Positions 36,856 through 50,349 of a DNA stretch of 64,000 bases are shown piece by piece; the stretch's first letter is position 1, and each line of letters starts with the position of its first letter. A program made the position numbers and the translations under genes. The stretch spans positions 3,410,001 through 3,474,000 of the forward strand of contig JANJGN010000036.1 in NCBI GenBank assembly GCA_026770705.1, written 5' to 3'. The notes beneath the pieces were generated by a model. That model did no database searches. It was given only the letters and a program-made list of their open reading frames with translations, and had not been told where the DNA came from. The DNA comes from Isurus oxyrinchus (lineage: Eukaryota).

Positions 36856-39394
36856 CTTTCCTTATACGTTATCACTATGCTCCCAGAAATAAATAAAGTT
36901 TTCAGGTGCAAAACTCCACGCATTCACCTTGTTTCCCTATCATTTAAAATACTCACATCCCAAAATGTACGGGATACTCGCTTCAACAGCTTTCTGGCAG
37001 AGAAAGTTCTACATTTCCGCTCCACCTTCCACAGCACAACTGCCTTCAAAACACACTACACTCACGGTAAATCTTTGATATGTAGGTTCAAATTTAAAAA
37101 CAAATCATTGTGTAAAAGTGAAACTGAACCATCACAAGTTTCCTGAATCTCTGATAGTGCCCCTCTCCCGCTTTGGTCTAATTCAGTAAATGATATAACA
37201 CATCACATCTCAGGAGAAGAAACCACAACGAACAGCATCTCAAACCAGAACTGTTATTGTCAACTCAGGAGAAATTGTAGTTTTATCCAGATGACATTTA
37301 ATATACTTCAATTATTAACCAATACAAATCTCTGGGGCATCGTTATAATCGAAGAATAATTTATATCATTTACATACAGGCATTTGCCAAGAAATGAGCA
37401 TCCTGTCAGTAACGGGAGTGACACAATCAGCAGGAAAAGTCCAGATAAATTAAAGAAAGTCCTTAGTCTTTGCTGAATGTTTCTTGCACACTTGAGATAC
37501 ATGATTAAAGTGGCATATCCTTAAAAATACTCAAAACAATTTCTACATTTAGCAAAATAGTCCAGCCTTTGAAGCTCACCCGGAAACATAGTTATATCAT
37601 GGAAGTCTCGTTGGCTCCAAGTTTATTTCGACAAGGCTGTGGGTTCTTTGGCAAATCCTCTCACCCCCACAATTCATCAGAGAGAAACAGGCCGGATCCT
37701 CATCAGCGACACGCCTTATTCTTTGACATTTTATCCAATGCAGCGAAGTCCAGGGAGGCTTAGAGAGGTCCGCCTTGAGTCTGGGAGACATTTTAAACAT
37801 TATCAGCGAAAAGTAGTTGAAAGATAGGTAAGACTGCCCACTCCCGCAACTGCGTTTCATGGGATCATGGAATGATACAGCACAGGAAGAGATCGTTGCG
37901 CTCACTCTGTCTCTGCCAGCTCTTCTCTGACGCCTTATTGTTGCCATCATTTCCAATTTCCACTATTTTTAAAACTCTGTCTTAAAACCTGCTATTGAAT
38001 CGGTTTCCATTGCACTTTATAACAACTTGAGGGAAGTTTTGCTTCATTTGTATGTAAAAGAATTGTCTGCATTGATGTTTTCTAACAGAGCTGCAGAATT
38101 CTCAAAGCAACTGGAAATCACCTAAGTTTAATCAGAAAATTGGGTAATGAGTCTATCAATTTGTTTGAATTCCTTTGCTGTTAATTGGCCAATCTGATTA
38201 CTGTTTTTCGCCATGTGCCATCTGCACAATTGAGTAGAGTCCTCAGAATTCAAAACATTCAGAAGAATGAAGCAAACACAATCAAAAGACTTGTGTTTAT
38301 ATAGCACCTGTCACGAACTGAAGAAGCACCAGAACATTTGTATCCAGTTCTTTGAAGTGTCGCCTCTGATCTTAATTCAAAGCGGCAGTGAATTTATGGG
38401 CACAGTGATCTCATAAAGAGCAATTAACTAATGACATGGACAATTTATTTTTAAGACTCTGGTTGAGAGATAAAATATAAAATGATACACAGAGCTTTGG
38501 TATTATTTTCATTCTAATTCCATTGGTAATGTGTTCACAAAATCGGTTGGGTTGGAGGAGGGACAAATTTGGGAAGGAAGGGGGCTCGGCTCACTGTAGA
38601 AATAAAGGAAAATAGCACAAATCTAAAATATGAATTGCTGGAAATACCGTTAAGTATAATTACCGTTAAGTCTGGCGGAGACATTCCACCTGCAATATTA
38701 CACTATCTTTTCTATTATCAGATGGAGAAAGGGACTGAGGGTATTTTCTGATTCCTGTTTGAAGGAGGAGTCGGATTTTATACAAATTCAGATGAACTGG
38801 ACTATGCCCTGCTCTCTGATAAACGCGAGAAATATCTAACATGGGAAGCCTTGCACCTTATCCTGAGAAACAAGTTTTTGTATGTTATTACAACAATTTC
38901 AAAAAACCCACCTGTATTGCCTCCCGATGTGGCCTCTTTCCCTCTGTTTGACGGTGGTCACCTGGGTTATTAATGGTTAAGATATGAATTGAAATATTCT
39001 CCCAGTCTTGCTGATTCATAATAATTAGAGATAAACCGTGAGCCAATGATTCACAAATGTGCCAATGTTTCTAATACACAAATGGGCCCCATTTGTTACC
39101 AGGGCCCCAATCCACGGAACGACCCCAATACGAGAAAAGTTCCCTTAATGTTTCAGTGGAGTGAGAATCGCCAATGGATGGACAAACACTATCTACCTAC
39201 CGTGCCTGTCGTCTATGGCCCGTCTGCTATACACTGCCACTATTAATAACCACTAATTGATATTTTATATGGGACCCAGAGACAACAGGCTGATTGCGAA
39301 CATTTTGATGTCTGCAAATGCTGTTATGCATCTTTCCAATTCCACCCACTTGACATTTAATCTGTGCCAACATTTCAATGTAACATACCCGGTT

Positions 39395-41738
39395 CAACAA
39401 CAGAATTACCTGGAAAAACTCAGCAGGTCTGGCAGCATCGGCGGAAAAGAAAAGAGTTAATGTTGCGAATCCTCATGACCCTTCGACAGAACTTGAGTTC
39501 GAATCCAAGAAAGAGTTAAAATATAAGCTGGTTTAAGGTGTGTGTGTGCGGGGAGGGGGGGGGGTGGGGGGGTGGTGCTGTGGTGGTGTGGTGGGGCAAA
39601 GAGAGAGAGAGAGAGAGAAGTGGAGGGGGTTGGTGTGGTTGTAGGGACAAACAAGCAGTGATAGAAGCAGATCATCAAAAGATGTCAACAACAATAGAAC
39701 AAAAGAACACAGAGGTGTTAAGGTTGGTGATATTATCTAAACAAATGTGCTAATTAAGAATGGATGGTAGGGCACTCAAGGTATAGCTCTAGTGGGGCTT
39801 GGCGAGCATAAAAGATTTTAAAATATTTAAAAACAATGGAAATAGTTGCGAAAAGAAAAATCTATATAATTTATTGGAAAAAAAAGGAAGGGGGAAACAG
39901 AAAGGGGTTGGGGATGGGGCAGGGAGCTCAAGACCAATGCAGAAAGCCAAGGACAGACATGTGGGCAAGAGAGAAGGGTGGAGTGTTAAAATGACAAGCG
40001 ACAGGGAGGTTTGGGGCATTCTTGTGGACAGATCGCAGGTGTTCTGCAAAGCGGTCGCCCAGTTTACATTTGATCTCTCCAATGTAGAGTAGACCACATT
40101 GGGAGCACCGAATGCAGTAGACTAAGTTGGGGGAAATGCAAGTGAAATACTGCTTCACTTGAAAGGAGTGTTTGGGCCCTTGGACGGTGAGGAGAGAGGA
40201 AGTGAAGGGGCAGGTGTTGCAACTTTTGCGTGGGCATGGGGTGGTGCCATAGGAGGGGGTTGAGGAGTAGGGGGTGATGGAGGAGTGGACCAGGGTGTCC
40301 CGGAGGGACCGATCCCTACGGAATGCCAATAAGGGGTGTGAAGGGAAGATGTGTTTGATGGTTGCATCATGCTGGAGTTGGTAGAAATGGAGGAGGATGA
40401 TCCTTTGAATGCGGAGGGGTGATACGTGAGGACAAGGGGGACCCTATCATGTTTCTGGGAAGGAGGAGAAGGCTTGAGGGCGGATGCGCGGGAGATGGGC
40501 CGGACACAGTTGAGGGCCCTGTCAACAACCGTGGGTGGAAAACCTCGGTTAAGTCAGAAGGAGGACATATCAGAGGAACTGTTTTTGAAGGTAGCATCAT
40601 CAGAACAGATGCAATGGAGGCGAAGGAACTGCGAGAATGGGATGGAGTCCTTACAGGAAGCGGGGTGTGAGGAGTTGTAGTCGAGGTAGCTGTGGGAGTC
40701 GGTGGGTTTGCAATGGATATTGGTGGACAGTCTATCACCAGAGATTGAGACAGAGAGGTCAAGGAAGGGAAGGGAAGTGTCAGAGATGGACCACGTGAAA
40801 ATGATGGAGGGGTGGAGATTGGAAGCAAAATTAAATCCTTTCAAGTGAAGCAGCATTTCACTTGCATTTCCCCCAACTTAGTCTACAGCATTCGGTGCTC
40901 CCAATGTGGTCTCCTCTACATTGGAGAGACCAAACGTAAACTGGGCGACCGCTTTGCAGAACACATGTGGTCTGTCTGCAAGAATGACCCAAAACTCCCT
41001 GTCGCTTGCCATTTTAACACTCCACCCTGCTCTCTTGCCCACATGTCTGTCCTTGGCTTGCTGCATTGTTCCAGTGAAGCCCAGCGCAAACTGGAGGAAC
41101 AACACCTCATCTTCTGACTAGGCATTTTACAGCCATTCGGACTGAATATTGAATTCAACAACTTTAGGTCTTGAGCTCCCTCCCTCATCCCCACCCCCTT
41201 TCTGTCTCTCCCTTCCTTTTTTCCCCAGTAAATTATATAGATTTTTCTTTTCCCAACTATTTCCATTATTGTTAAATATTTTTAAATCTTTTATGCTCTC
41301 CCCACCCCCACTAGAGCTATACCTTGAATGTCCTACCATCCATTCTTAATTAGCACATTCGTTTAGATAATATCACCAACCTTAACACCTATGTGTTCTT
41401 TTGTTCTATTGTTGTTGACATCTTTTGATGATCTGCTTCTATCACTGCTTGTTTGTCCCTACGACCACACCAACCCCCTCCACTTCTCTCTCTCGCAGTC
41501 TCTCTCCGCCCCACCACAACCCCCCCCCCCCCCCCCCCCCCCCACCCTCCACACACACCTTAAACCAGCTTATATTTTAACCCTTTCTTGGACTCGAACT
41601 CAAGTTCTGTCGAAGGGTCATGAGGACTCGAAACATGAACTCTTTTCTTCTACGCCGATGCTGCCAGACCTGCTGAGTTTTTCCAGGTAATTCTGTTTTT
41701 GTTTTGGATTTCCAGCATCCGCAGTTTTTTTGTTTTTA
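39395..41738. mobile_element. Penelope-like insertion with inverted structure (minus arm 39395-40835, plus arm 40836-41738) in gene B intron
   Basis: Both arms carry the GIY-YIG (CSQCGLLYIGE) and 3' terminus; approximate TSD taacatacccggtt / taacttacccgttt; gene A has the empty site at ~3082-3095. Confidence 0.9.
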
Positions 41739-43297
41739 TAACTTACCCGTTTGTTGCTCAATCGGCCTCCCTCTTTGCCTTATCCCTCTCAAGCAAAATC
41801 TGGGTGTGAACAAAAATATCAAAGACGTGTTATATTCTGTGAATACTGACGGAAGTGCCAGAAATAGTTGAGAAGAGAATTTCGAGTGGTTTTAGAATTA
41901 ATCCTAAAAACTCATGGAAAATGTCATTATTTACCATTAGAATCAGTGTTGGGACTGAACTTGGTTAGGCCCAGTGATAAATATAGAGGGGGTGTGCGAG
42001 ATGAAGTTTTCAAATGGTTCTGTTACTCACTTTATATTGTGGGATCTCTTCTCTCGTTCTCCTGAAGGCAGAAAGTTAATTAGCAATTTAAAAGTAGGAG
42101 AAGGGAATCAGATACACAATCAATTATTAAAATCATTAGTAAAGATTAACCCTCACTGATCTGCCACTTTTAAAAATCCAAACAGAAATAAGGACCATGA
42201 GGAGAGCCAGTATCACCAGTGGAGTTATGATAACAGGAAGGGGCAGATTGCACGATCCTACAGAGACAAGGCACTTAGAAATTTCTGCTCGGTCACATCA
42301 GCCTTTTCTGGGACTCTCTGATGGGAAACGTGACCCAAAAGGAAGCCCAGAAACAATACATTCGGGCGGATATGCCTGTGCAGGCTCTTTGAAAGAGTTA
42401 ATTAGCCCTATTCACCCTGCTCTACCTCCAATATTCCTTTAAGTCATTTTCTATCAGGTATTTATCCAATTCCCCTTTTGAAAGTTAATTTTGAACCTGC
42501 TTCCACAGCACTTTCAGGTAGCACCTTCCGGAGCACAACCCGCTGAGATATCAAATATTCTCTTCATCTCCCCCTCTGGTTCTTTTGCTGATTCTCTTCA
42601 ATCTGTGTCCCTCTGGCTACTGACCCTCCTGCCAGTGGAAACACTTTCTCCTTGTTTACTCTACCGAACCCCCTCATGATTTTGAATGCCACGACTAAAT
42701 CTCCCCCTCAACCCTTTTCTGCTCTAAGGAGAACGTTCCCAGATTCTGCAGTCTCTCCACATTAACTGAAGTCCCTCAACCTTGGTCCAGTTCTGGTAAA
42801 TCTCCTGTGCATCGTCCCCAAAGCATTCTTGGCTGTCTCCTGCTTGTAAAGCGTATCCAGTGTAGAACTGACCTCAATTTTATTGCAAGATTCACTGCCT
42901 GAAATGGGCGGCTGAAGCAGGTTCAAAAATAACTTTCAGAGGATAAGTTTCATTCTAACTTGAAGAGGAAAATGTGACGGTGTTGTGGAGGAAAGCGTGG
43001 ATCCAATGGGATAACTCTTACAAAGAGATTGCACAGTCACGATGGGCCGAAATCCCTCTTTCCACGTCTATCGTTCTAGGATTCTACGATGTGACAGGGA
43101 AATATAAGGCAAGTCACAAATTGTTTACAAGGACAAGTCAACATCTGGGGTTAAGGTAACCCGAACTTATTTTAACATATTTATAATTTAGATATTTACA
43201 CTTTAATTTACAGCCTGCAGGTTCTACGAATTAATGAATTTCTCCAATTGACTCTAAAGTCAAACAAAAGCCTCCATTGATCAAATGGCCAGCTCAC

Positions 43298-43627
43298 CTC
43301 TCGCTGTCTCTGTTGCTTTCGTGAACGACACACTTTTCGTCCAATGTTTGCCCGGAGACCCCAGTTGAACAATGCAAGTACAGACACCGCCAGTTTTCCG
43401 GGTTTCCCTCGACACCATGACGTGACTTCTGATGCTGTATGTCCCGTCCTCCGTCATTGTATCGGGATCGTTCTGTCCCTCGGTGACTAGGCTGGAAATA
43501 TTCCAGATAATAACAATCTGGTTGGAAGAAACTCCACTGACCAAACACACTAAGGGGACCATTTCCCTCAAATGCATCTCACCTGGCGGGGCAAACAGCA
43601 GAACAGCCGTCTTGTTGGTGGAACAGT
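43298..43627 (-). pseudogene. Gene B Ig C1 exon
   Basis: DCSTNKTAVLLFAPPGEMHLREMVPLVCLVSGVSSNQIVIIWNISS..DGTYSIRSHVMVSRETRKTGGVCTCIVQLGSPGKHWTKSVSF. Confidence 0.9.
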
Positions 43628-43993
43628 CTAGACAGAGATTGGGACACAGTTAACGATTAAATTGCACCAAATGATAATGCTGCGCATGATCTGAATTCAT
43701 TTCGCTGCTCTCTTACCTCCAAACAGTAATGTGGGACAATTCTATCCCACTTCATCGCCATCCTCATCAGCAAAATATAGGAACCCGAGTCATTCAACTG
43801 GACATTGAGAATTTCCAGAATCAACACATTTTCGCTGTCCCCTTTCTTGGAAATAAATCTGCAATTGGCCATGACAGGACTGGCTGTCCACTGGTTTCCG
43901 GGCTTCATCCACACGTTGCTTATACCAGAGATCGCGAGACACCGATTTCAATTCGTAATTGCAGTGACAGGTTAATTTCACCGTCTCTCCGAT

Positions 43994-44294
43994 TTTTCGT
44001 CCAATGTTTGCCCGGAGACCCCAGTTGAATAATGCAAGTACAGACACCGCCAGTTTTCCGGGTTTCCCTCGACACCATGACGTGACTTCTGATGCTGTAT
44101 GTCCCGTCCTCCGCCATTGTATCGGGATCGTTCTGTCCCTCGGTGACTAGGCCGGAAATATTCCAGATAATAACAATCTGGTTGGAAGAAACTCCACTGA
44201 CCAAACACACTAAGGGGACCATTTCCCTCAAATGCATCTCACCTGGCGGGGCAAACAGCAGAACAGCCGTCTTGTTGGTGGAACAGTCTAGACA
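43994..44294 (-). repeat. 301-bp copy of the gene B C1 exon inserted inside the V exon
   Basis: Matches 43334-43634 (offset 660) with three substitutions seen. Confidence 0.95.
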
Positions 44295-44724
44295 TTATGA
44301 AGGGGCCTTGAGACAGAGAGGGTTCTGTAACTAGAGATATTAATGTTACATTACTATTGGTTATGGGGAGATTGAAGGCAGCCGCTTTGAAAGTCTTCGC
44401 CTGTAATTTTACGAGTTACATCATTGTCTTTATTTATTGGTGGTTAGATTAAGTCTCCAGTTGGATTCCTTCGCTTCCTATGAGGAACCAATAAAAAAAA
44501 CTCACATCAACAGGTCAATTCTCTTCACCTGACCACTAGGCCATATTTTCAGTTTAGTAAATACTGATTTCTGTTGATTCCAGTTAAAAATTTGCACCTG
44601 CCTCTTACTCACCGTAAACCCGCAGCACTTGGAAAATAAGCATCAGAAATAAAGATTCCTTGGACATCTTGACGAGGTGATATCTCCCTTTTTTCCGTTC
44701 TCACCACTTTGTTTCTTCAGGCGG

Positions 44725-44890
44725 AGTGGCGGCCGACTGATCTGTGCTCAGTCCCAGTGAGTTGCTCCCCTTTCAGATGCGGTGGAAATTATGACGAGTT
44801 ATGCTGTGGAAAGTATGACACCATTTTGAGTGCGCTGTCCTGGTGAATGTCGCATACATTTGACATACTGTGGCCACCATCTGTGCGTCA
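44725..44890 (-). promoter_or_regulatory. Conserved proximal promoter of gene B
   Basis: Paralogous to 5745-5905 with the same CAGATGCGGTGGAAA block. Confidence 0.55.
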
Positions 44891-47800
44891 CAACAGTCAA
44901 GTGACAGCCTGTCTATAAAGAGCTTTGCTGGGTTATAGTTCGCGGAGTGGGGGGCGCGGGGATAACAGAATGCACATTGTATGAATGAATGCTGAAAATT
45001 GGAATTAAATACTGATTCAATCTCGGGATGTTAGAGTAGCTGGAAAGGGCAGCATGTATTTCCCATCCCTAATTGCCCCTTGAGAATGAGATGGTGAGTT
45101 GCCTCCTTGAGCCGCTGTGGTGTATGTGCACCCACAGTGCTGTTAGGGAGGGAATCCCAAAATTTTGACTCAGCGACAGTGACGGAACAGCCGCTAAATT
45201 TTCAAGTTCGGGTGGTGGGTGATTTGGGGCGTGGTGGAGGGGCGGGGGGGGGGGGGGCGGGGAGTGGGGCGGTGGCCTTGCAATTGGTGGCGTTCCCATG
45301 TATCTGCTGCACATGCACCTGAAGTTTGTAGGGGTCACAGGTTTGAAAAATGAACGCCAGGAATTCAGAGTATTATGTCATTGTGCTCAATATAATTCAT
45401 CCTGTAAACTGTGTGCAAGATTCATGACACAATCTATTTCAAACAGAGACTGGAATACATTGAATGAAATGTCTGTGGTTTGATTTGATTTATAAAAACT
45501 AGTACCTGATTCGACATCACGCAAATTATGCAGAAATCTAAAGTGGAATTCTAACGGAACAAACACGGTCTTTCACTGCACTTATCGGGAATCGAAATGA
45601 ACGATCCTCTTTACGATTTCAGTACTACTTCTTAATACGTCCGTGCAACTCCCTCCGTCTCAGGCAGCAGGTTTTCGGCTGACTTATTCTATAATATAAA
45701 GCACGATTGGTGATTGATCTGAATTCAGTGTTCTGAGCTCATTATAGAATTCTTTTTCCCAATGATTTATTAATTGACCCTATGAAGAGAGTATCAAACA
45801 ATTATACATGTTGCACTTTGTATTGTGCTCTAAGCGCTTTTACAGCAGTTCAATGGAAAATTCACAGCAGTTATGACTTTGAAATAGCTGCTAAGCTCCT
45901 TTGATGTTACAGTTTACAGAGCTAACTAGGATTTGCAGCACAGAAACAGCCCATTCGACCCGAATGCTTGTGCCCGTATTTAATTCCCAGACAAGCCTCC
46001 TCCCAGCCCCACTTCATCTCAGCCGAACAGCATATCCTTTTATTCATTTCTCCTTCATGACTTGTCCAGTTTCCCACTTAAATGCAAATCTGCAAGAGCC
46101 TCATCCACTCCTTGCGGGAGATAGTTCCACATTCACCCCAAAGTCTGGGGGAAGAAGTTGCTCCTCAATTCCAGGCTGGATTTATCTCATATTAATGACC
46201 GCTTTACAGAGGCCCATAGAAACACAGCCGTAGGCCGTTGGACCCTTTGAGCAGGCTCCATCATTCAATAAGATCATGGCCGATCTGCTGGTGGACTCTT
46301 TTCACTTCTCCACTTTTCTGTCTGCCGCCCATAGGCCTTGGCTCCCATTCCGAACAAAAATCTGTCTAACACGGGGCCTTGAATAAATTCAAAGACCCAT
46401 CCGCGACAACTTTTTGGGGAACAAACTTCCAAACACCATCGACCCTTTCGGCGAAAAAGAAGTCTTTTCAGCTCTGCCTTAAAATGGAGACCTTTATTTT
46501 TGACCCATGCAACTAGCTTTGGCCACAGTAGGAAACATCCTCCGGGTTTCCGATCTACCAGGACACCTCAGGAACTAATTTGTTTAAATAAGATTACCTT
46601 TCATTTATCTAAATCCAAATGGGAATTCCTGAGTTCTGCGGGATTGCCGATTGGATTTATTGATGTCCAATATTTTTGAAATCCTGCCGAAGTAGAGTTA
46701 ACTTCGGTAAGTCTGTCGTAATAAACCATTTTATAATTTTAAAGACGTCGGCCCGGTCACCCCTCAAACTTCTTTTTCAGAGAAAAGGGACCCAACCGGT
46801 TCATTCTTTCTTGATAGTTATAAGCTCTCAGTCTATGCCATCCTTGTGAAATATTAACTGCTCAATTTCCAGTGCCTACGTATCCTTTCCTGAAAATGCA
46901 GAACACTGTTCTACACTCCACCTGAGGTCTAACTAATGTGAATACAAACCTGGTTTATCTTGCAAAATATATGATGAGTGCGTGGCTGCAGTTCGACCTG
47001 CAATAAACAGGAAAACCGCAGAGAGCTTTCTAACTCGGCACCATTTTCCATCCCGTATCATATTTCTATGAATAGAAACAGAACGCCATCCAGTCTGCAT
47101 ATTTCACACCTCGAGAACAAAAACAAGTTCTCAGTGAGGTTGGGTCGGGGGCCAAGACTGTGACTATCTGAAGTCAGGGACAATGAGCTTCCTCGCTGTG
47201 TGAATTGTCCCATCTCTTCCAGGGTAAGATATCTTAACATGTTCAGAGAGAGTGGAGAAGGCAGTAGGCGCGGCAATCAGAGGGACACCGATTGTTGAGA
47301 ATCTTCAAAAAAGAGAGGCTTTTCGGGAGGCGGTGATGAGGGTGGGGGGAGGGTGGAGGGGAGTTGGGGGTGCGGGCGGATGAGATTTTTTCTTAAATAA
47401 GCGAGTTGTTGTGATCTGGAAGGCGCTTCCTGAAAAGGCGACAGAGGCAGATTCAATACGAACTTTCAACAGGGAAATTGGATAAATACCTGAAAGGGAA
47501 ACATTTGCAGGGATATGCGGGAAGGAGCGGGGGACAGAATAGGGGGTAACAGAATATATCTCTCAAAGTACCAGGATTCTGAAGGGCCGAATAACCTCCA
47601 CGGTTCTATAAAATGCAATTCTGTTATCAAGTTCGATGTAAAAATAGAGCGAATATAGTCAACAATGTGGAAACTACATCCATCAGTATAAATGAATGCA
47701 ATTAATCCGAAATTTAACCTCTCCTTGGAATAAAGAAAGTGCATTGGCTCCATGGACATTAATGGCGATTGGGAAAAGCACTGAGTATCGAATGGATCAT

Positions 47801-48210
47801 TAGTGTGAGTTATAAACTCTTGAACAAAATAAAATGCCCAAAGTCAGCAGACGAGAACAGGAAACGCCGGATGGATGAGGGAAATGTAACAGTTCGAAAA
47901 TTTAGATTTCAAACAGCTCTTTTAATGTATTAACGTCACACCGTTCGGATTTGTGTAGCCCAGTGATTCTCGCAGATTTAGTGCTAAATGGACTGGTACA
48001 GTGCCCTTGGAAGGACAGGGATAAAACGGCGCAAACAACCGATTGCGCCTAATTTATCGATACGAGCTGTATATTATTTTAATGATTGTGTCTCCTTCCT
48101 ATCGGGGTGTATTCGCCGGAGGCAGGCTTCAGGAGAGAGGGTGTGCGGATGCGGGGTGGCGGATTGCACCATAACCTGAGGTGATTCTTGTTTATTTCTC
48201 TCCTCCTCAG

Positions 48211-48536
48211 TTATTGTGTCCCAGCCTGTCTTGTCCCAGTCTCCTCGCGTTCAGACGCTCGCTGCAGGGGGTCGTGCTAAACTGAGCTGCTACAAGGAGA
48301 GCTCTAAACCTGGGATCATCTTCTGGTACAGACAGCGGGTGCGAAAAGACATTAAACTGGTTTACACAGCGTATAAGCACTTCCCAGCACGGAAGAGGTT
48401 TTCCACCGAGATTTCTCAAAAAAACTGCTCATTGCGGATACCCGGAGAAATGATTCTGGAATGTATTACTGTGCAATCAACGGTTACCAGAACTGGACTT
48501 TAATATTCGGAAATGGCTCCCAGTTAGTAATTACAG
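48211..48536 (+). pseudogene. Gene E germline-joined VJ exon with canonical FGxG
   Basis: IVSQPVLSQSPRVQTLAAGGRAKLSC..IFWYRQ..RFS..SLRI/..NDSGMYYCAINGYQNWTLIFGNGSQLVIT|gt. Confidence 0.92.
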
Positions 48537-48929
48537 GTAAATGTCATTTTTATTCCACCGAATTGAGCTTTTCTACAGCAAGAAAAGATGTCAACATTGA
48601 ACTGTTAATGGGTTTGCCAATCTATTTAATGCTGATGGGAGGCTTTGTCAACTTGGTAAATTAGAATAGCCCATTTTTCCGTGTGTGTCCATGTATCATG
48701 ATTTTATCATAGGCTATCATAGATATCTCCATCTTTCAGTGTTCAGATTTCTGCAAGTCTAACTCCATCTGTTCTCACCAAACCAGAGAGTTATGGATGC
48801 TGAGTCACTGAGGTGGATTTTTGTGAACTAAGGGAATAAGGGATGTGGACAGGTCAGGAAAGTGCATTTAATGTACAAGATTATCCGTGGTCTTATTGAA
48901 AGGTTGTCTGTTCTATTTGCCAAATTTAG

Positions 48930-49235
48930 ATGGCTAGCCGACCATATTCCTCCTCACCCCGCTGGAGGGTGAGATCCGTTCGATGGAAAGTGTCCCGCTG
49001 TTGAGTTTGATCAGAGCGTTGATGCCCAATTCCTTTCGCGTCCGCTGGAATGTTTCCGGGAGGCGTGTCGAGGGGCAGGCCAATTCCGGGAAAATTGAGA
49101 CGGACGGGACATACACCATCAAGAGTTATACCAGCATCTCAGCGGAAACATGGAGCAGCGGCGCTCTCTGTACTTGCGCTGTTCAAATCAACTCCAGTGA
49201 AAATCTTCTCAGTGCAAGTGTCTCATCTCAGAGAG
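48930..49235 (+). pseudogene. Gene E Ig C1 exon
   Basis: PTIFLLTP..VPLLSLIR..VRWNVSG..DGTYTIKSY..AETWSSGALCTCAVQ. Confidence 0.88.
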
Positions 49236-49295
49236 GTAGCTATTAACAGTGACCGTTTACCAATCTATTTAATGCTGATGGGAGACTTTGTTAAC

Positions 49296-49748
49296 TTCAA
49301 GGAGATCCGCCTTTCAATAAGACCACAGATAATCTTGTACATTAAATGTACTTTCCTGACCTGTCCACATCTCTTATTCCCTTAGTTCACAAAAATCTAC
49401 CTCAGTGACTGAGAATCCATAACTCTCTGGTTTGGGGAGAACAGATGGACTTAGACTTTCAGAAGTCTGAACACTTTGTCAACTTTTAAAATTAGAATTG
49501 TCCATTTTTCCGTGTGTGTCCATGTATCATGATTTTATCATAGGCTATCATAGATAACTCCATCTTTCAGTGTTCAGATTTCCGGAAGTCTAATTCCATC
49601 TGTTCTCTCCAAACCTGAGAGTTATGGATGCTCAGTCACTGAGGTGGATTTTTGTGAACTAAGGGAATAGGGGATGTGGGCAGGTCAGGAAAGTGCATTT
49701 AATGTACAAGATTATCCGTGGTCTTATTGAAAGGCTGATCTCCTTGAA
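49296..49748. repeat. ~180-bp inverted repeat pair (49296-49474 / 49569-49748), with a third copy at 48738-48902
   Basis: ttcaaggagatccgcctttcaataagaccac..ctgaacact is the reverse complement of agtgttcag..gtggtcttattgaaaggctgatctccttgaa. Confidence 0.9.
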
Positions 49749-50349
49749 TGGTCTCCTGCTCCTACTCATTGTGTTCTTGTGTCTGTCTAAGCATATTGAC
49801 ATGGTTCCAAGCCATTGGATCATTTGTCAGTTTGTAAAATTGAAAGGTGTGAATACATTCCCAGTCTACCACTTTGTCTCACCATGCCTGTGTAAAGTTA
49901 GGCATTCATATCTCTATCTGCTTAACACTCACAATATTTCTGTCTGTCTTAGTTAAACAGTGAGGTATAATACATCTTCTCTATCTGCGTGTCTATTTGG
50001 TTACCTGTTAATCCATCTCTCTTGCTCTGTATCAATCAATCCACTCCAGTCCTAATGCAGTTTAAGGTAACTGATATATTTGTCTCTCTGACAGTCTCTC
50101 CCTCTCCCTGTCTCTGAAACCCTCTCCCTTCAACTCCTGATCTCTGTCTCTCCCGGTCCCTCTCACTGTTTATCTATTCACTTTCTGCTTGTCTCACGAT
50201 CTGTCATTATCTGGTCATACATGTATTGGTATCTGTATTTATCTCACTCTACCCCTGTTTATTTGCCTATTTCTATGCTAGTTAAATGGTGTGTAACGAT
50301 AAATCTGGGACATCCATCTGTCTTCCTATCTCTCGATCTGTCACCATCT

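Larger units (their letters stand above)
37703..44667 (-). pseudogene. Gene B: type 1 VJ-C1-TM receptor pseudogene
   Basis: Leader 44613-44667 (MSKESLFLMLIFQVLRVY); V 43717-44330, interrupted by a C1 copy and frameshifted; C1 43298-43627 (open, 330 nt); TM 42157-42257 (GSCNLPLPVIITPLVILALLMVLISVWIFKSGRS, 1 nt short); cyt1 38912-38961; terminal 37703-37780 with TAA at the Tyr codon (37760-37762). Confidence 0.9.

Noticed and set aside
48211-49235. Calling gene E a conventional TCR or Ig light-chain locus
   Set aside because: V and J are germline-joined with no RSS or separate J segments; it has a TM exon (unlike IgL), and the TM is uncharged with a multi-exon Tyr tail (unlike TCR).
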